Shown one piece after another: positions 8,784-18,947 of a DNA stretch of 64,000 nucleotides. The DNA is taken from NCBI GenBank assembly GCA_041940025.1, contig JBGTSY010000002.1, positions 129,396 to 193,395 on the forward strand, in the 5' to 3' direction. Each line of letters begins with the position of its first letter. Position 1 is the first letter of the stretch. The notes below the pieces were generated by a model that saw nothing but the letters and a program-made list of their open reading frames with translations, was not told the DNA's origin and ran no database searches. Both the position numbers and the translations under genes were made by a program. The DNA is from Thiotrichaceae bacterium (GTDB lineage Bacteria > Pseudomonadota > Gammaproteobacteria > UBA5859).

Positions 8784-10331
8784 TTGCTTTTTAAGGAGGA
8801 TCGCCTGAAAAATCGGTTGTTAAAAGGTGCCGCCAATATTGGCTCCATGACTTTGGTTTCCCGAATTCTGGGATTTGTCAGAGATGTGGTACTGGCCAAT
8901 TTATTCGGCAGTAGTGCTGGCGCCGATGCGTTTTTCGTAGCATTTAAAATACCGAACTTTCTCCGTAGGTTATTTGGTGAAGGCGCCTTCTCCCAAGCCT
9001 TTGTTCCCGTTTTATCCGAAACTAAATCGGTGCAGGGAGAACAGGCGGTCAAAGAGTTGGTGAATCACGTCACTGGCGTATTCGGTTTAATTTTGTTCGC
9101 CGTAACCCTAATTGGGGTAATCGCTGCGCCCTTAATTATTATCGCTTTTGCACCGGGTTTTATAGACGAGCCGGCTAAGTTCGATTTGGCGGTGCAGATG
9201 CTACGCATTACCTTCCCTTATCTCCTTTTTATCAGTTTAGTGGCGCTAGCCGGTGGTATTTTAAATACCTATGGACACTTTACCGTGCCGGCGATCACGC
9301 CTGTGCTGTTAAATCTTTCCTTGATTGGTGCGGCGATTTTGCTGGCGCCAAGGATGACGCAGCCGATTGTCGCGCTTGCATGGGGCGTGTTTATTGGTGG
9401 TGTGGTTCAATTACTGTTTCAATTACCGGCCCTTTGGCGTATCAAACATCTGCCTATACCTATTCCCAAATGGCGCGATCCGGGGGTGAAGAAAATTTTC
9501 AAATTGATGATACCTGCCCTCTTTGGTGTGTCGGTGGCGCAAATTAATTTGTTATTGGATACCCTTTTGGCTTCATTTTTAGTCACAGGTAGTATCTCCT
9601 GGCTCTACTACTCGGATCGCCTAATGGAGTTTCCCATCGGCATATTGGGCGTGGCGGTGGGTACAGTGATTTTACCTCGATTGTCTAAAGATCATGCGTT
9701 GACTGAGCCGCAAGCATTTTCAGATACGCTTAGCTGGGCGCTGAAACTGATTCTGGTGGCAGGCATGCCCGCGTGTGTGATGTTGATCTTATTGGCTGCT
9801 CCCATGCTCTCCACTCTGTTCCAATATGGCGCTTTCTCCGTTGATGACGTGGTGAAAGCGTCAATGAGTTTGCAAGCTTATAGTTTAGGTCTATTTGGAT
9901 TTTTAGCGGTTAAAGTGTTGGCCCCCGGCTATTACGCCAGACAAGATACGAAAACACCGGTGCGTGTGGGTATAATTGCCATGGTGGCCAATATGATTTT
10001 AAACCTGATACTCATTTGGCCCTTACAGCATGTCGGGCTGGCAATGGCCACTGCGGGTGCCGCGTTGCTCAATGCCAGCCTACTTTGGCGAGGTTTACGC
10101 ACTGAGGGCGTGATTCAACCGGGTGTGGGTTGGCGGAAATTTATTCTGAAAGTCTCCCTGGCTGCATTGATGATGGCCGGTTTTTTAATTTGGCAAACGC
10201 CAGATCTGGTCAGCTGGCATCAATGGCCTGCTAGTGATCGTGCCCTACGCCTCTCTTGGTTACTCTTCGGAGGGGCAGTGATCTATTTAGCGATGCTGTG
10301 GATAAGCGGCGTACGTCGGACAGATTTTTAA
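8784..10331 (+). CDS. murJ: lipid II flippase MurJ (MviN)
   Basis: …SMTLVSRILGFVRDVVLANLFGSSAGADAFFVAFKIPNFLRRLFGEGAFSQAFVPVL… diagnostic MurJ N-terminus; 14 TM; start codon uncertain (TTG at 8784 or nearby; AGGAGG at 8794-8799). Confidence 0.9.
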   Translation: MLFKEDRLKNRLLKGAANIGSMTLVSRILGFVRDVVLANLFGSSAGADAFFVAFKIPNFLRRLFGEGAFSQAFVPVLSETKSVQGEQAVKELVNHVTGVFGLILFAVTLIGVIAAPLIIIAFAPGFIDEPAKFDLAVQMLRITFPYLLFISLVALAGGILNTYGHFTVPAITPVLLNLSLIGAAILLAPRMTQPIVALAWGVFIGGVVQLLFQLPALWRIKHLPIPIPKWRDPGVKKIFKLMIPALFGVSVAQINLLLDTLLASFLVTGSISWLYYSDRLMEFPIGILGVAVGTVILPRLSKDHALTEPQAFSDTLSWALKLILVAGMPACVMLILLAAPMLSTLFQYGAFSVDDVVKASMSLQAYSLGLFGFLAVKVLAPGYYARQDTKTPVRVGIIAMVANMILNLILIWPLQHVGLAMATAGAALLNASLLWRGLRTEGVIQPGVGWRKFILKVSLAALMMAGFLIWQTPDLVSWHQWPASDRALRLSWLLFGGAVIYLAMLWISGVRRTDF

Positions 10332-10355
10332 ATCCGTGTCCCCTATTTACCCTGA

Positions 10356-11306
10356 ATGATGCAAATAGTACTTGGACAACATAATTTAAAAGAGGACAGA
10401 GATCCCGCTGTGGTGACCATCGGTAATTATGATGGCGTGCATCTGGGTCATCAGTCTGTGATCTCACATCTGATCCAGAAGGCATCTTCGTTGAATTTAC
10501 CGACTACCTTGGTACTGTTTGAGCCTCATCCTCAGGAGTTTTTTAATAGGCAAAATGCGCCCTCACGCATTAGTACTTTTCGAGAAAAAGCTGAATTGAT
10601 TCGACAGGCCGGGATTCAACGGTTAGTCTGCTTACGATTCAACACCGTCCTCTCACAAATGTTGGCGGACGAATTTGTGCAACAGTTATTGATCGCTAAA
10701 CTTGGAGTCAAGCATCTTGTGGTGGGGGACGACTTTAGGTTTGGCCGGGGTCGTGAAGGGGATTTCGCCTTATTGAATCAATATGCGCAAAGGGGCGCAT
10801 TTAGCTTGGAGGCGATGCCAACCTTTGAAGTGGAGAATGCCCGGGTCAGTAGTACGAGAATCAGGCGGGCGTTAGAGCACGCAGACTTTGCACAGGCTGA
10901 AAAGTTATTAGGGCGCGCTTATTCCATCAGTGGGCGAATTTCCCATGGACAAAAATTAGGGCGCAAATTAGGATTTCCCACCCTAAATCTTCCTACTCGT
11001 CGTATGCGTTCCCCCCTACAAGGTGTGTATGTGGTGGAAGTGGCGGGACTATCAGCACAGCGAGAGCCGGGGGTTGCCAACCTGGGTAGCCGTCCGACAG
11101 TTGCGGCAGAAGGCGTCACGTTAGAAGTCCATCTACTCGAAGCAGAGGGAGATTTTTATGGCCAAAGAGTAGAGGTGTTTTTCAAACAAAAAATTCGCGA
11201 CGAGAAACGTTTTGACAACCTAGATGAACTAAAGGCTGCGATCCAACAAGATGTTAAGGCCGCTAGAGACTATTTTTACCCCAAATCGACATCCAGCTTA
11301 AAGTGA
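10356..11306 (+). CDS. ribF: bifunctional riboflavin kinase / FMN adenylyltransferase
   Basis: 316 aa; …IGNYDGVHLGHQSVI… nucleotidyltransferase motif and C-terminal riboflavin kinase; conserved murJ-ribF-ileS-lspA-ispH order. Confidence 0.9.
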   Translation: MMQIVLGQHNLKEDRDPAVVTIGNYDGVHLGHQSVISHLIQKASSLNLPTTLVLFEPHPQEFFNRQNAPSRISTFREKAELIRQAGIQRLVCLRFNTVLSQMLADEFVQQLLIAKLGVKHLVVGDDFRFGRGREGDFALLNQYAQRGAFSLEAMPTFEVENARVSSTRIRRALEHADFAQAEKLLGRAYSISGRISHGQKLGRKLGFPTLNLPTRRMRSPLQGVYVVEVAGLSAQREPGVANLGSRPTVAAEGVTLEVHLLEAEGDFYGQRVEVFFKQKIRDEKRFDNLDELKAAIQQDVKAARDYFYPKSTSSLK

Positions 11307-11315
11307 TATGTATTC

Positions 11316-14138
11316 ATGAAGGATTATAAAGAAACCATCAATCTACCCCATACTGACTTTCCCATGAAAGCCAATTTAGCGCAGCGTGAACCACAACAGT
11401 TAGCCAAGTGGGATCAGATGGATCTCTATCAAAAGTTGCAGAAGCACACGGCGGGTAGACCAAAATTTATCCTGCATGATGGGCCACCCTATGCCAATGG
11501 TTCCATTCACATTGGCCACAGTGTCAACAAAATCTTAAAAGACATCATTATTAAATCAAAGGTGTTAAGTGGTTTTCATGCGCCCTACGTACCTGGATGG
11601 GACTGTCACGGGTTACCCATTGAACTCAATGTGGAGAAGAAAAAGGGCAAAGCAGGCGTAAAAATTGATGCGGATAAGTTTCGTCTCGCTTGCCGAGAGT
11701 ACGCAAATAAACAGGTTACCGCGCAAAAGGAAGATTTTATCCGGCTTGGTGTGCTGGGTGATTGGGAGCAGCCGTATCTCACCATGAATTATCAGTTTGA
11801 GGCCGATATTGTGCGGGCTCTGGGAGGCATCATTCAAAATGGACATGTGGTGAAAGGGGAAAAGCCAGTCCATTGGTGTGCTGATTGTGGTTCCGCTTTG
11901 GCAGAAGCGGAAGTTGAATATGAAAACAGGCTCTCTCCGGCCATCGATGTGGCTTTTAAAGCGCTAGACAGCATCGCATTAGCCAAGCACCTCGGCGTTG
12001 AGTTAGAGGCCGATGGTGACATCGAGGTCGTGATTTGGACCACGACTCCCTGGACATTGCCGGCCAATCAGGGCATTGCCCTGCATCCACACTTAAGCTA
12101 TCAATTAGTGGAGGTGGCCATTGGCGCGCAACGACGGTATTTGATTTTGGCGCAAGCGTTAACGGAGCAAGCACTGGCGCGTTATGAGGGCGAACAAGTA
12201 CGAGTCATCACACAATTTGAGGGGCAAGTATTAGAGAACGTGCTCTTTCAGCATCCTTTCTACCCTCGGCAGGTGCCTATTGTCCTTGGGGAGCATGTCA
12301 CCACTGAAGCGGGTACCGGGGCGGTGCATACGGCTCCTGCTCATGGCCTGGATGATTTTATCGTGGGCACAAAGTATCGACTGCCCGTAGATAACCCAGT
12401 AGATGCGCAGGGTCGATTTTTGCCTACAACTGAGCTATTTGCAGGCGAATTTGTGTTTAAGGCGAATGCGTCAATAGTGGAAGTCCTGGAGTCGCGTGAC
12501 CGTCTTCTTGCGCACCGTGAGTTGTCGCACAGCTATCCTCATTGCTGGCGACATAAAACGCCTATTTTATTTCGCGCGACACCTCAGTGGTTTATCAGCA
12601 TGGAAGAAGCCGGGTTGAGACAACAGTCGTTGACCGCCATTGAAGCTGTCAAGTGGGCTCCCGATTGGGGGCAGGCGCGCATTGAGGGCATGGTATCTGG
12701 TCGGCCAGACTGGTGTATCTCCAGACAGCGAACATGGGGCGTTCCCATTCCACTGTTTGTGCACAAGGAGACCGGGGAGTTACATCCTCGTACCCCCCAG
12801 CTAATCGAACAGATCGCTACGTTAATCGAAGAGAATGGGATCCAGGCTTGGTTCGATCTGCCGGTCGAATCCATTCTAAGCACGGAAGCGGGGGAGTACG
12901 AAAAAATAACCGATACTTTAGATGTCTGGTTTGATTCAGGTGTGACCCATACCTGCGTGTTGCGGGCACGAAGTGAACTTGGATTTCCGGCCGATCTCTA
13001 TTTAGAAGGCTCAGATCAACACCGCGGTTGGTTTCAATCCTCTCTGTTGACCTCTCTGGCGTTGTACGGATGTGCGCCTTATAAGCAGGTATTGACCCAC
13101 GGCTTTACCGTCGATGCTGACGGCAAGAAGATGTCAAAGTCATTAGGTAATGTGGTGGCACCGCAGAAAGTAGTCAATCAGTTAGGTGCAGATGTGTTGC
13201 GGCTTTGGGTCTCGGCTACCGATTATCGAGGCGAGATGAGCGTCTCCGAAGAGATTTTAAAACGTTCTTCCGATGCCTATCGACGCATCCGTAATACGTT
13301 GCGATTTCTATTGGGTAATTTAGATGGATTCTCTGTTGATAAACACAGGCTTGTCTGGGAAGAGATGGTGGAGATCGATCAATGGGTGGTCGCACGTACT
13401 CATCAGCTCCAGGAGCAAATTAAACGGCACTATGAAGCCTATGAATTTCACCAGATTTATCAGGTAGTGCATCATTTTTGTTCTGTAGAGTTAGGTAGTT
13501 TCTATCTCGATATTCTCAAAGATCGTCTCTATACCATGCCAAAGCAGAGTGTGGGAAGACGCTCTGGTCAAACCGCGATGATGCATGTGGCAGAAGCGCT
13601 TGTGCGTTGGATTGCCCCCATATTGAGTTTTACCGCCGAAGAGGCGTGGGCCTATTTACCAGGTGATCGAGAAGAGTCCGTTTTGATGGAAACCTGGTAC
13701 AGCGATTGGCCCGAAGGCTTAATAAAAACAGGGGTGAACTGGGAGATCTGGCAAGTTAGAAGTCGTTTGCGCGATCAGGTCAATAAGGCCATTGAACAGC
13801 AGCGCGATGCAGGCAAAATTAAAGCATCTCTGGCAGCTGACGTCACTTTGTATTGTTCAGAGCGGTTGCGAGGACAACTACAACCGGTTGCTGAGGAGCT
13901 GCGTTTCTTGTTAATAACTGCGGAGACGCAGATGGATAGCCTCGAAAATAAGAGCGATTCGGCTCTACCCACAAACGACGCGGATTTATGGGTACAGATC
14001 AGCGCTTCCCAGTGCCCAAAGTGTGTCCGCTGCTGGCACCATCGCCCGGAGGTGGGTAAACACCAAAATCATCCGGAATTATGTGGAAGATGTATTGAAA
14101 ATATTGAACGTGAAGGCGAACAACGCCGCTTTTTTTAA
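11316..14138 (+). CDS. ileS: isoleucyl-tRNA synthetase
   Basis: 940 aa; HIGH motif (PPYANGSIHIGH), KMSKS motif, C-terminal Zn-finger CxxC…CxxC. Confidence 0.95.
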   Translation: MKDYKETINLPHTDFPMKANLAQREPQQLAKWDQMDLYQKLQKHTAGRPKFILHDGPPYANGSIHIGHSVNKILKDIIIKSKVLSGFHAPYVPGWDCHGLPIELNVEKKKGKAGVKIDADKFRLACREYANKQVTAQKEDFIRLGVLGDWEQPYLTMNYQFEADIVRALGGIIQNGHVVKGEKPVHWCADCGSALAEAEVEYENRLSPAIDVAFKALDSIALAKHLGVELEADGDIEVVIWTTTPWTLPANQGIALHPHLSYQLVEVAIGAQRRYLILAQALTEQALARYEGEQVRVITQFEGQVLENVLFQHPFYPRQVPIVLGEHVTTEAGTGAVHTAPAHGLDDFIVGTKYRLPVDNPVDAQGRFLPTTELFAGEFVFKANASIVEVLESRDRLLAHRELSHSYPHCWRHKTPILFRATPQWFISMEEAGLRQQSLTAIEAVKWAPDWGQARIEGMVSGRPDWCISRQRTWGVPIPLFVHKETGELHPRTPQLIEQIATLIEENGIQAWFDLPVESILSTEAGEYEKITDTLDVWFDSGVTHTCVLRARSELGFPADLYLEGSDQHRGWFQSSLLTSLALYGCAPYKQVLTHGFTVDADGKKMSKSLGNVVAPQKVVNQLGADVLRLWVSATDYRGEMSVSEEILKRSSDAYRRIRNTLRFLLGNLDGFSVDKHRLVWEEMVEIDQWVVARTHQLQEQIKRHYEAYEFHQIYQVVHHFCSVELGSFYLDILKDRLYTMPKQSVGRRSGQTAMMHVAEALVRWIAPILSFTAEEAWAYLPGDREESVLMETWYSDWPEGLIKTGVNWEIWQVRSRLRDQVNKAIEQQRDAGKIKASLAADVTLYCSERLRGQLQPVAEELRFLLITAETQMDSLENKSDSALPTNDADLWVQISASQCPKCVRCWHHRPEVGKHQNHPELCGRCIENIEREGEQRRFF

Positions 14139-14169
14139 TATAAGCTAAGGACTCAAAAGGGTAATATAT

Positions 14170-14670
14170 TTGAAACTTAAAACGTTAAAAATTGGTTGGT
14201 ACCTAATCGCGCTGTCAGTGATTGCCGCAGATCAGATCACCAAATGGGCGATTGTCTCACAATTTCAGCTATTTGAATTGAAACCCATTACTTCCTTCTT
14301 TAACCTGACATTGGTCTACAATACCGGCGCAGCATTTAGTTTTCTCAGTCAGGCGGATGGTTGGCAACGTTGGTTTTTTTCCAGTGTTGCCATCGGCGTA
14401 AGTGTTGTGCTGATTATCTGGATAACACGGTTACAGGATCAGCAAAAGATTTTGGGCGCTGCCCTTGCTTGTATCCTTGGTGGCGCTATTGGGAACTTAA
14501 TCGATCGCCTAGCTTATGGTTATGTGATTGACTTCTTGGATTTTTATGTGAATCGATATCATTGGCCAGCCTTTAATGTGGCCGATACAGCAATATTTAT
14601 CGGTGCCGGCTTACTCATTTTGGATATGTTTATTGGTGGAGAGCAGGAAGCGGAAAATGCCACTAAATAA
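14170..14670 (+). CDS. lspA: lipoprotein signal peptidase II
   Basis: 166 aa 4-TM protein, …FNVADTAIFIGAGLLIL… conserved LspA C-region; position after ileS. Confidence 0.9.
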   Translation: MKLKTLKIGWYLIALSVIAADQITKWAIVSQFQLFELKPITSFFNLTLVYNTGAAFSFLSQADGWQRWFFSSVAIGVSVVLIIWITRLQDQQKILGAALACILGGAIGNLIDRLAYGYVIDFLDFYVNRYHWPAFNVADTAIFIGAGLLILDMFIGGEQEAENATK

Positions 14671-14687
14671 TATGTTAGAGTCATATC

Positions 14688-15644
14688 ATGCAAATCTTAC
14701 TTGCCAGTCCTAGGGGTTTTTGTGCCGGTGTCGATCGTGCGATCGACATTGTCAATCGCGCATTAGAACTGTTTGGTCCGCCTATCTATGTGAAGCACGA
14801 AGTGGTGCATAATAAATTCGTAGTGGAGGATCTACGTGAACGTGGTGCCCGATTTATAGAAGACATTAACGAGGTGCCAGACGGTTCCGTGATAATTTTC
14901 AGCGCTCATGGGGTGTCACAAGCAGTACGTGATGAAGCAGAGAGTCGGGAGTTGACTATTTTCGACGCCACTTGCCCACTGGTCACAAAGGTTCATCTAG
15001 AGGTGGTGCGCCATAGCCGGGCAGATGAAGAAGTGGTGTTAATTGGTCATCGCGGGCATCCAGAAGTGGAAGGAACTTTAGGTCAGTATCATAGCCAAAG
15101 CGGCGCAATCTATCTGGTGGAGTCCTTAGAAGATGTGGCGGAACTCAGCATCGCTGATCCCACCAAAGTGGCTTTAGTGACGCAAACTACACTGTCAGTG
15201 GAAGATACTGCCGAGATAGTGTCGCTCTTAAAGCAAAAATATCCCGCTATGAGAACGCCGAAAAACGAAGATATCTGTTATGCCACACAAAATCGACAAG
15301 ACGCAGTTAAGGTGTTAACGGACCAATGTGATCTCATTTTGGTGGTGGGATCGCCTAACAGCTCCAACTCCAACCGGCTAAAGGAAATTGCCACAAAAAG
15401 AAACATCCCCGGTTATCTAATAGATGGTCCGGAACATCTGCAAAAAGAGTGGTTTGATGGTGTGCAGACCATTGGTCTGACGGCCGGCGCGTCGGCGCCA
15501 GAATTGTTGGTGAAGCAAGTACTGGAACGCCTAAGTGAATGGGGAGTGACTCAGGTTATAGAGTCGAAGGGAGTAGATGAGAACATGACTTTTACTCTAC
15601 CGAAAGAACTACGGTTAGAGATTAAATCGAATTCTGTCAAATAA
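14688..15644 (+). CDS. ispH: 4-hydroxy-3-methylbut-2-enyl diphosphate reductase
   Basis: 318 aa, [19 protein letters not shown]… and …[10 protein letters not shown]… Fe-S Cys motifs of IspH/LytB. Confidence 0.9.
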   Translation: MQILLASPRGFCAGVDRAIDIVNRALELFGPPIYVKHEVVHNKFVVEDLRERGARFIEDINEVPDGSVIIFSAHGVSQAVRDEAESRELTIFDATCPLVTKVHLEVVRHSRADEEVVLIGHRGHPEVEGTLGQYHSQSGAIYLVESLEDVAELSIADPTKVALVTQTTLSVEDTAEIVSLLKQKYPAMRTPKNEDICYATQNRQDAVKVLTDQCDLILVVGSPNSSNSNRLKEIATKRNIPGYLIDGPEHLQKEWFDGVQTIGLTAGASAPELLVKQVLERLSEWGVTQVIESKGVDENMTFTLPKELRLEIKSNSVK

Positions 15645-15742
15645 TAGATGGATGACTGTCGCAGAAGTCAGCGTCTATTGCGACCCTGTTCTGTTAATTG
15701 GGTTCCTGCCGGCACCAACCGAACTTTGATACAAGTGTTTGT

Positions 15743-15810
15743 GTCACTCATTTCTCCGTGCCATCGTTCGTGCTCGAGATGAAAACCGCACATGGAGATG
15801 AGTGAGTGAC
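15743..15810. repeat. long imperfect inverted repeat / stable stem-loop in ispH-fimT intergenic region
   Basis: gtcactcatttctccgtg … cacatggagatgagtgagtgac; 8-bp perfect outer stem (gtcactca/tgagtgac) plus GGAGA/TCTCC inner pairing, ~27-nt loop; no T-run. Confidence 0.4.
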
Positions 15811-16198
15811 TTGGTAAACTGGATTGGCAATGGATAAAAGTCACCAGTTAATCATCGGAAGCAAACCCTCTGCTCTGATTTGAGAGTCTGACGCCCCAAT
15901 TCAAGTCAAATAGATCAATGATAAATTAATGAGGACTTCTCTGTCGGCGTGACTCCAACGTCTAAAAGCATTAAATCCGTTAACGGTAATAGTAGAAGAG
16001 ACGGTTAAAATGGATATAAAGCTAAGAGCGATAATAGTTTCTAAAAGTCTTGGTTTAATCAGATAAAAACAAAACTCCTTCATTATTAATTGCCATTATT
16101 AAAGCAAAAGAAAAATCTTTTCAGCTGTCTCTGGCTCTGTGATAGGATTGCTTCAGATGGTCATTAAATAAAACCATTAAAGTAAAGCAAGAACACCT

Positions 16199-16711
16199 AT
16201 GCACAGTCCTGCCAGGGGAATGCATTTCATAGAAATACTGATTGTGCTTGCTTTAATTGGCATTTTGGCGACGGTAGCCATTCCTGCATACAAGTTGAGC
16301 ATTGAACGACATAGAATTAAAAATGCCACAGAGCATTTACTCAATGAGTTGCGCGGCGCAAGAAGAGAGGCGCAGCAGTCCAACCAAGTCGTCTATTTTC
16401 GATTTTCCCCCCATCACCAGTGTATCGGTGTGAGTCGTCAACACCCCTGTGAGTGTGGTTCTTCTCCAGGTTGTACGCTGAAATCATTTTCCAGGAGAAT
16501 CAAACTGGCTGACTATCCTGGTGTGAAGATGCACACAAACCTGTCTACACAGACTACATTTTTTAAGCCAGATCGGGGTGTTATAGGGAGATTAGGCCGA
16601 ATACGACTATGGACAGACAACTACGAATTACAAATCATCCTGTCAATGCATCGGATCCGGGTTTGTGTTTCTAAGCAGGGGAAAAAAATACCTGGGTATA
16701 ACGCTTGCTGA
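16199..16711 (+). CDS. type IV pilus minor pilin, FimT/FimU (GspH-like) family
   Basis: class III leader MHSPARG|MHFIEILIVLALIGILA (Gly-1, Glu+5); 170 aa. Confidence 0.6.
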   Translation: MHSPARGMHFIEILIVLALIGILATVAIPAYKLSIERHRIKNATEHLLNELRGARREAQQSNQVVYFRFSPHHQCIGVSRQHPCECGSSPGCTLKSFSRRIKLADYPGVKMHTNLSTQTTFFKPDRGVIGRLGRIRLWTDNYELQIILSMHRIRVCVSKQGKKIPGYNAC

Positions 16712-17405
16712 CAAGGTCAAGCTAAGCGGACAGCGCGCTTTTACATTGGTTGAGTTGTTATCCACATTAGCCGCGTCAGCGGTGACCATCTTGGTCATAG
16801 TGACAGCACTACAACATACCACTCAAAGTAGTGTGAGCATGAAAAGAGTCACATTGGTACAACAGGAAGTGAATTGGATAGCACACTTCATTTCTCAGGA
16901 AGTTGAACGGGCAGGATACTTTCACCACAAGGTAGCATCCTTAATAACCCAGACGCTACCGAATAACCCATATCTAGATGCCAACACTCAGCCCCAGATC
17001 GGGCAACAAGGCCAGTGCATGACACTAGGATATTTTCGACCCTGCGCGGGAGGAGGGTTAGCCTGTACCTACAGCGGATTCAAGTTGCAGAACCATACCA
17101 TCAGAAAACGCATTGGTGGCATTGGATCTACCAAAGAAGCGCCTAATTGCACTCGGGGAAGTTGGCAAACGATCAGTTCCGATGATTTGATTGTAACGGA
17201 GCTGTTGTTTACGCCTATTGCACACTCTTGTTGGGATCTCCATAAAAATGATTTCTGTATGACGTCAAAAAAGAAAAAAGGGAAGCGAAAAATTTGGATC
17301 CCCCAGTGGCGTTTGACAGTGGCAGCGCACTGGAGAAACCATCCTCAAACCAAGTATCGAGTCATGCGTCGGATAAGATCTCGCAATTATGTGGTGCAAA
17401 GATAG
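16665..17405 (+). CDS. type IV pilus minor pilin, PilW-like
   Basis: …SGQRA|FTLVELLSTLAASAVTIL… prepilin-like N-terminus (cf. PilW QRGFSLVELL), but Ala not Gly at -1 if F is +1; GTG start, long basic leader; start uncertain. Confidence 0.45.
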   Translation: MFLSRGKKYLGITLADKVKLSGQRAFTLVELLSTLAASAVTILVIVTALQHTTQSSVSMKRVTLVQQEVNWIAHFISQEVERAGYFHHKVASLITQTLPNNPYLDANTQPQIGQQGQCMTLGYFRPCAGGGLACTYSGFKLQNHTIRKRIGGIGSTKEAPNCTRGSWQTISSDDLIVTELLFTPIAHSCWDLHKNDFCMTSKKKKGKRKIWIPQWRLTVAAHWRNHPQTKYRVMRRIRSRNYVVQR

Positions 17406-17428
17406 TGTTGAGAGAGAAAGGACTCTAC

Positions 17429-18547
17429 ATGAAAAATAATCTGCGTGCCACGCGAGGGGTGACTACCTTGGCATTTACCATCACAGGATTGCTATTAATG
17501 ACTATATCCGTATTGCTCGTGAATCGACAGATACAGCTCATTTACAACGTTCAACAGAGAGACTATCAGCAGGAGCAGAGCATGCAGTTAGCTGAGGCGA
17601 CGCTGGTCAAGGTACAGAACAATCTGCGCCTCAATGTTTGGCGGGATCTCTGGATCTCCGATGGGGATCAGGATGGCTGGTTAGGCGTAGCAGGGAAAGG
17701 TAACGCAAAGCAATATAACGAGTGGGCCGGACAACACCAATTAGTTCCGAGCTCTTATTTTCGCGTGCTGTTTTCCAATCCGGTACAGTACGATTTTAGG
17801 TATCTTCGGCTTCATATCGAGGTTTGTTACAGCACCCTATGTGCGATCAAAGCAAGACTGAATCAAACATTAAAAATACCCGCCAATAATAAACTTCCCA
17901 CCGAACCTTTGACCGTTTTGGGCGATCTTGGATTAGTGGGACAGATTCGTTTGGTACATGCCAATAGTACTCCCGTGGCACGAGTGACGAACGGCTTAGT
18001 CCGGGTGTCGCCCAGCGTACAGATTACAGATGCAAATGGGACACGTCAGGCGAAGGCGATTGCCGATCCGGCAATAGAAATACAACAGAAATCTCTCTCC
18101 ACGGCGGCATTTTTTCAACAGGTGATGGATAACAGTGCAGTGAATTGGCAAGGGGCTTGCCACCTGATGCAGTGTCAATCAGGATGCGATGAAATTCAAT
18201 TTAACGCCGTTCTTCAACAAGCGCCATGCGTTTGGGTAAAAGGAGATCTGACTTTAGCCGGCTACCAGGAGTATGGCAGTCAAAAGACCCCTCTACACGT
18301 AGTGGTAGAGGGCGATCTGCACATCCTACACCAAGCAGTGTTGAATGGGTTAGTCTATCTTAAAAACTCCCATGCGCAATTCAACGGCAGGGAAGCCTGG
18401 CAGATAAACGGTGCGTTGGTGGCTGAAGGTCAATTAGAGATCCAAGCGCCGGTGACACTCAACTATAAAAAGGAGATCTTAGAGGCCATTCCTCATATGG
18501 ACATAAGCGTACCCGTCAGTGGGACTTGGACTGATGCCAGTTTATAG
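17429..18547 (+). CDS. PilX-like type IV pilus minor pilin/assembly protein (N-terminal PilX domain, extended C-terminus)
   Basis: internal ATG at 17429 with RBS agagagaaagg; MKNNLRATRGVTTLAFTITGLLLMTISVLL resembles PilX N-domain (xxRGxxLxxxLxxLLxL). Confidence 0.45.
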   Translation: MKNNLRATRGVTTLAFTITGLLLMTISVLLVNRQIQLIYNVQQRDYQQEQSMQLAEATLVKVQNNLRLNVWRDLWISDGDQDGWLGVAGKGNAKQYNEWAGQHQLVPSSYFRVLFSNPVQYDFRYLRLHIEVCYSTLCAIKARLNQTLKIPANNKLPTEPLTVLGDLGLVGQIRLVHANSTPVARVTNGLVRVSPSVQITDANGTRQAKAIADPAIEIQQKSLSTAAFFQQVMDNSAVNWQGACHLMQCQSGCDEIQFNAVLQQAPCVWVKGDLTLAGYQEYGSQKTPLHVVVEGDLHILHQAVLNGLVYLKNSHAQFNGREAWQINGALVAEGQLEIQAPVTLNYKKEILEAIPHMDISVPVSGTWTDASL

Positions 18548-18938
18548 ACGCACGAAAGGGGTGGGCATGATTGAAGTGTTGATTGCTTTAGGGGTCTTTT
18601 CATTTGCATATCTGGCTTTGCTGAGTTACCAAACCAAACTGCAGCGAGAGTATCATCATATTCAGGAGCGACAGGCGGCACTGGATCTGGCTCGCTCGCA
18701 GCTAACAGAACTGCGTACCTTGTTGACACCGACTGATTTTGATAAGTTAACCAGTGGTAGCCGAATCGATCCCTCCGCTAAATATCATTTGAGTTGGAAT
18801 GTGACGAGTGATTCCCATTACGCAAAACAGGTGACGGTACAGGTGTTTTGGCAAGGTACTGGAGGCGCCCAACAACTACACTTATCAACTTTAATTGCAC
18901 GCACTACGGCTATAGATGTGGCACGAATTGAATTTTAA
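18534..18938 (+). CDS. pilV: type IV pilus modification protein PilV-like minor pilin
   Basis: leader MPVYRRTKGVG|MIEVLIALGVFSFAYLALLSYQ (Gly-1, Glu+5); 134 aa. Confidence 0.55.
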   Translation: MPVYRRTKGVGMIEVLIALGVFSFAYLALLSYQTKLQREYHHIQERQAALDLARSQLTELRTLLTPTDFDKLTSGSRIDPSAKYHLSWNVTSDSHYAKQVTVQVFWQGTGGAQQLHLSTLIARTTAIDVARIEF

Positions 18939-18947
18939 TTCTCAGCG

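Noticed and set aside
15901-16083. 60-aa minus-strand ORF in the ispH-fimT spacer as a gene
   Set aside because: It is very AT-rich and hydrophobic/low-complexity, with no RBS; likely a spurious ORF in a regulatory spacer.
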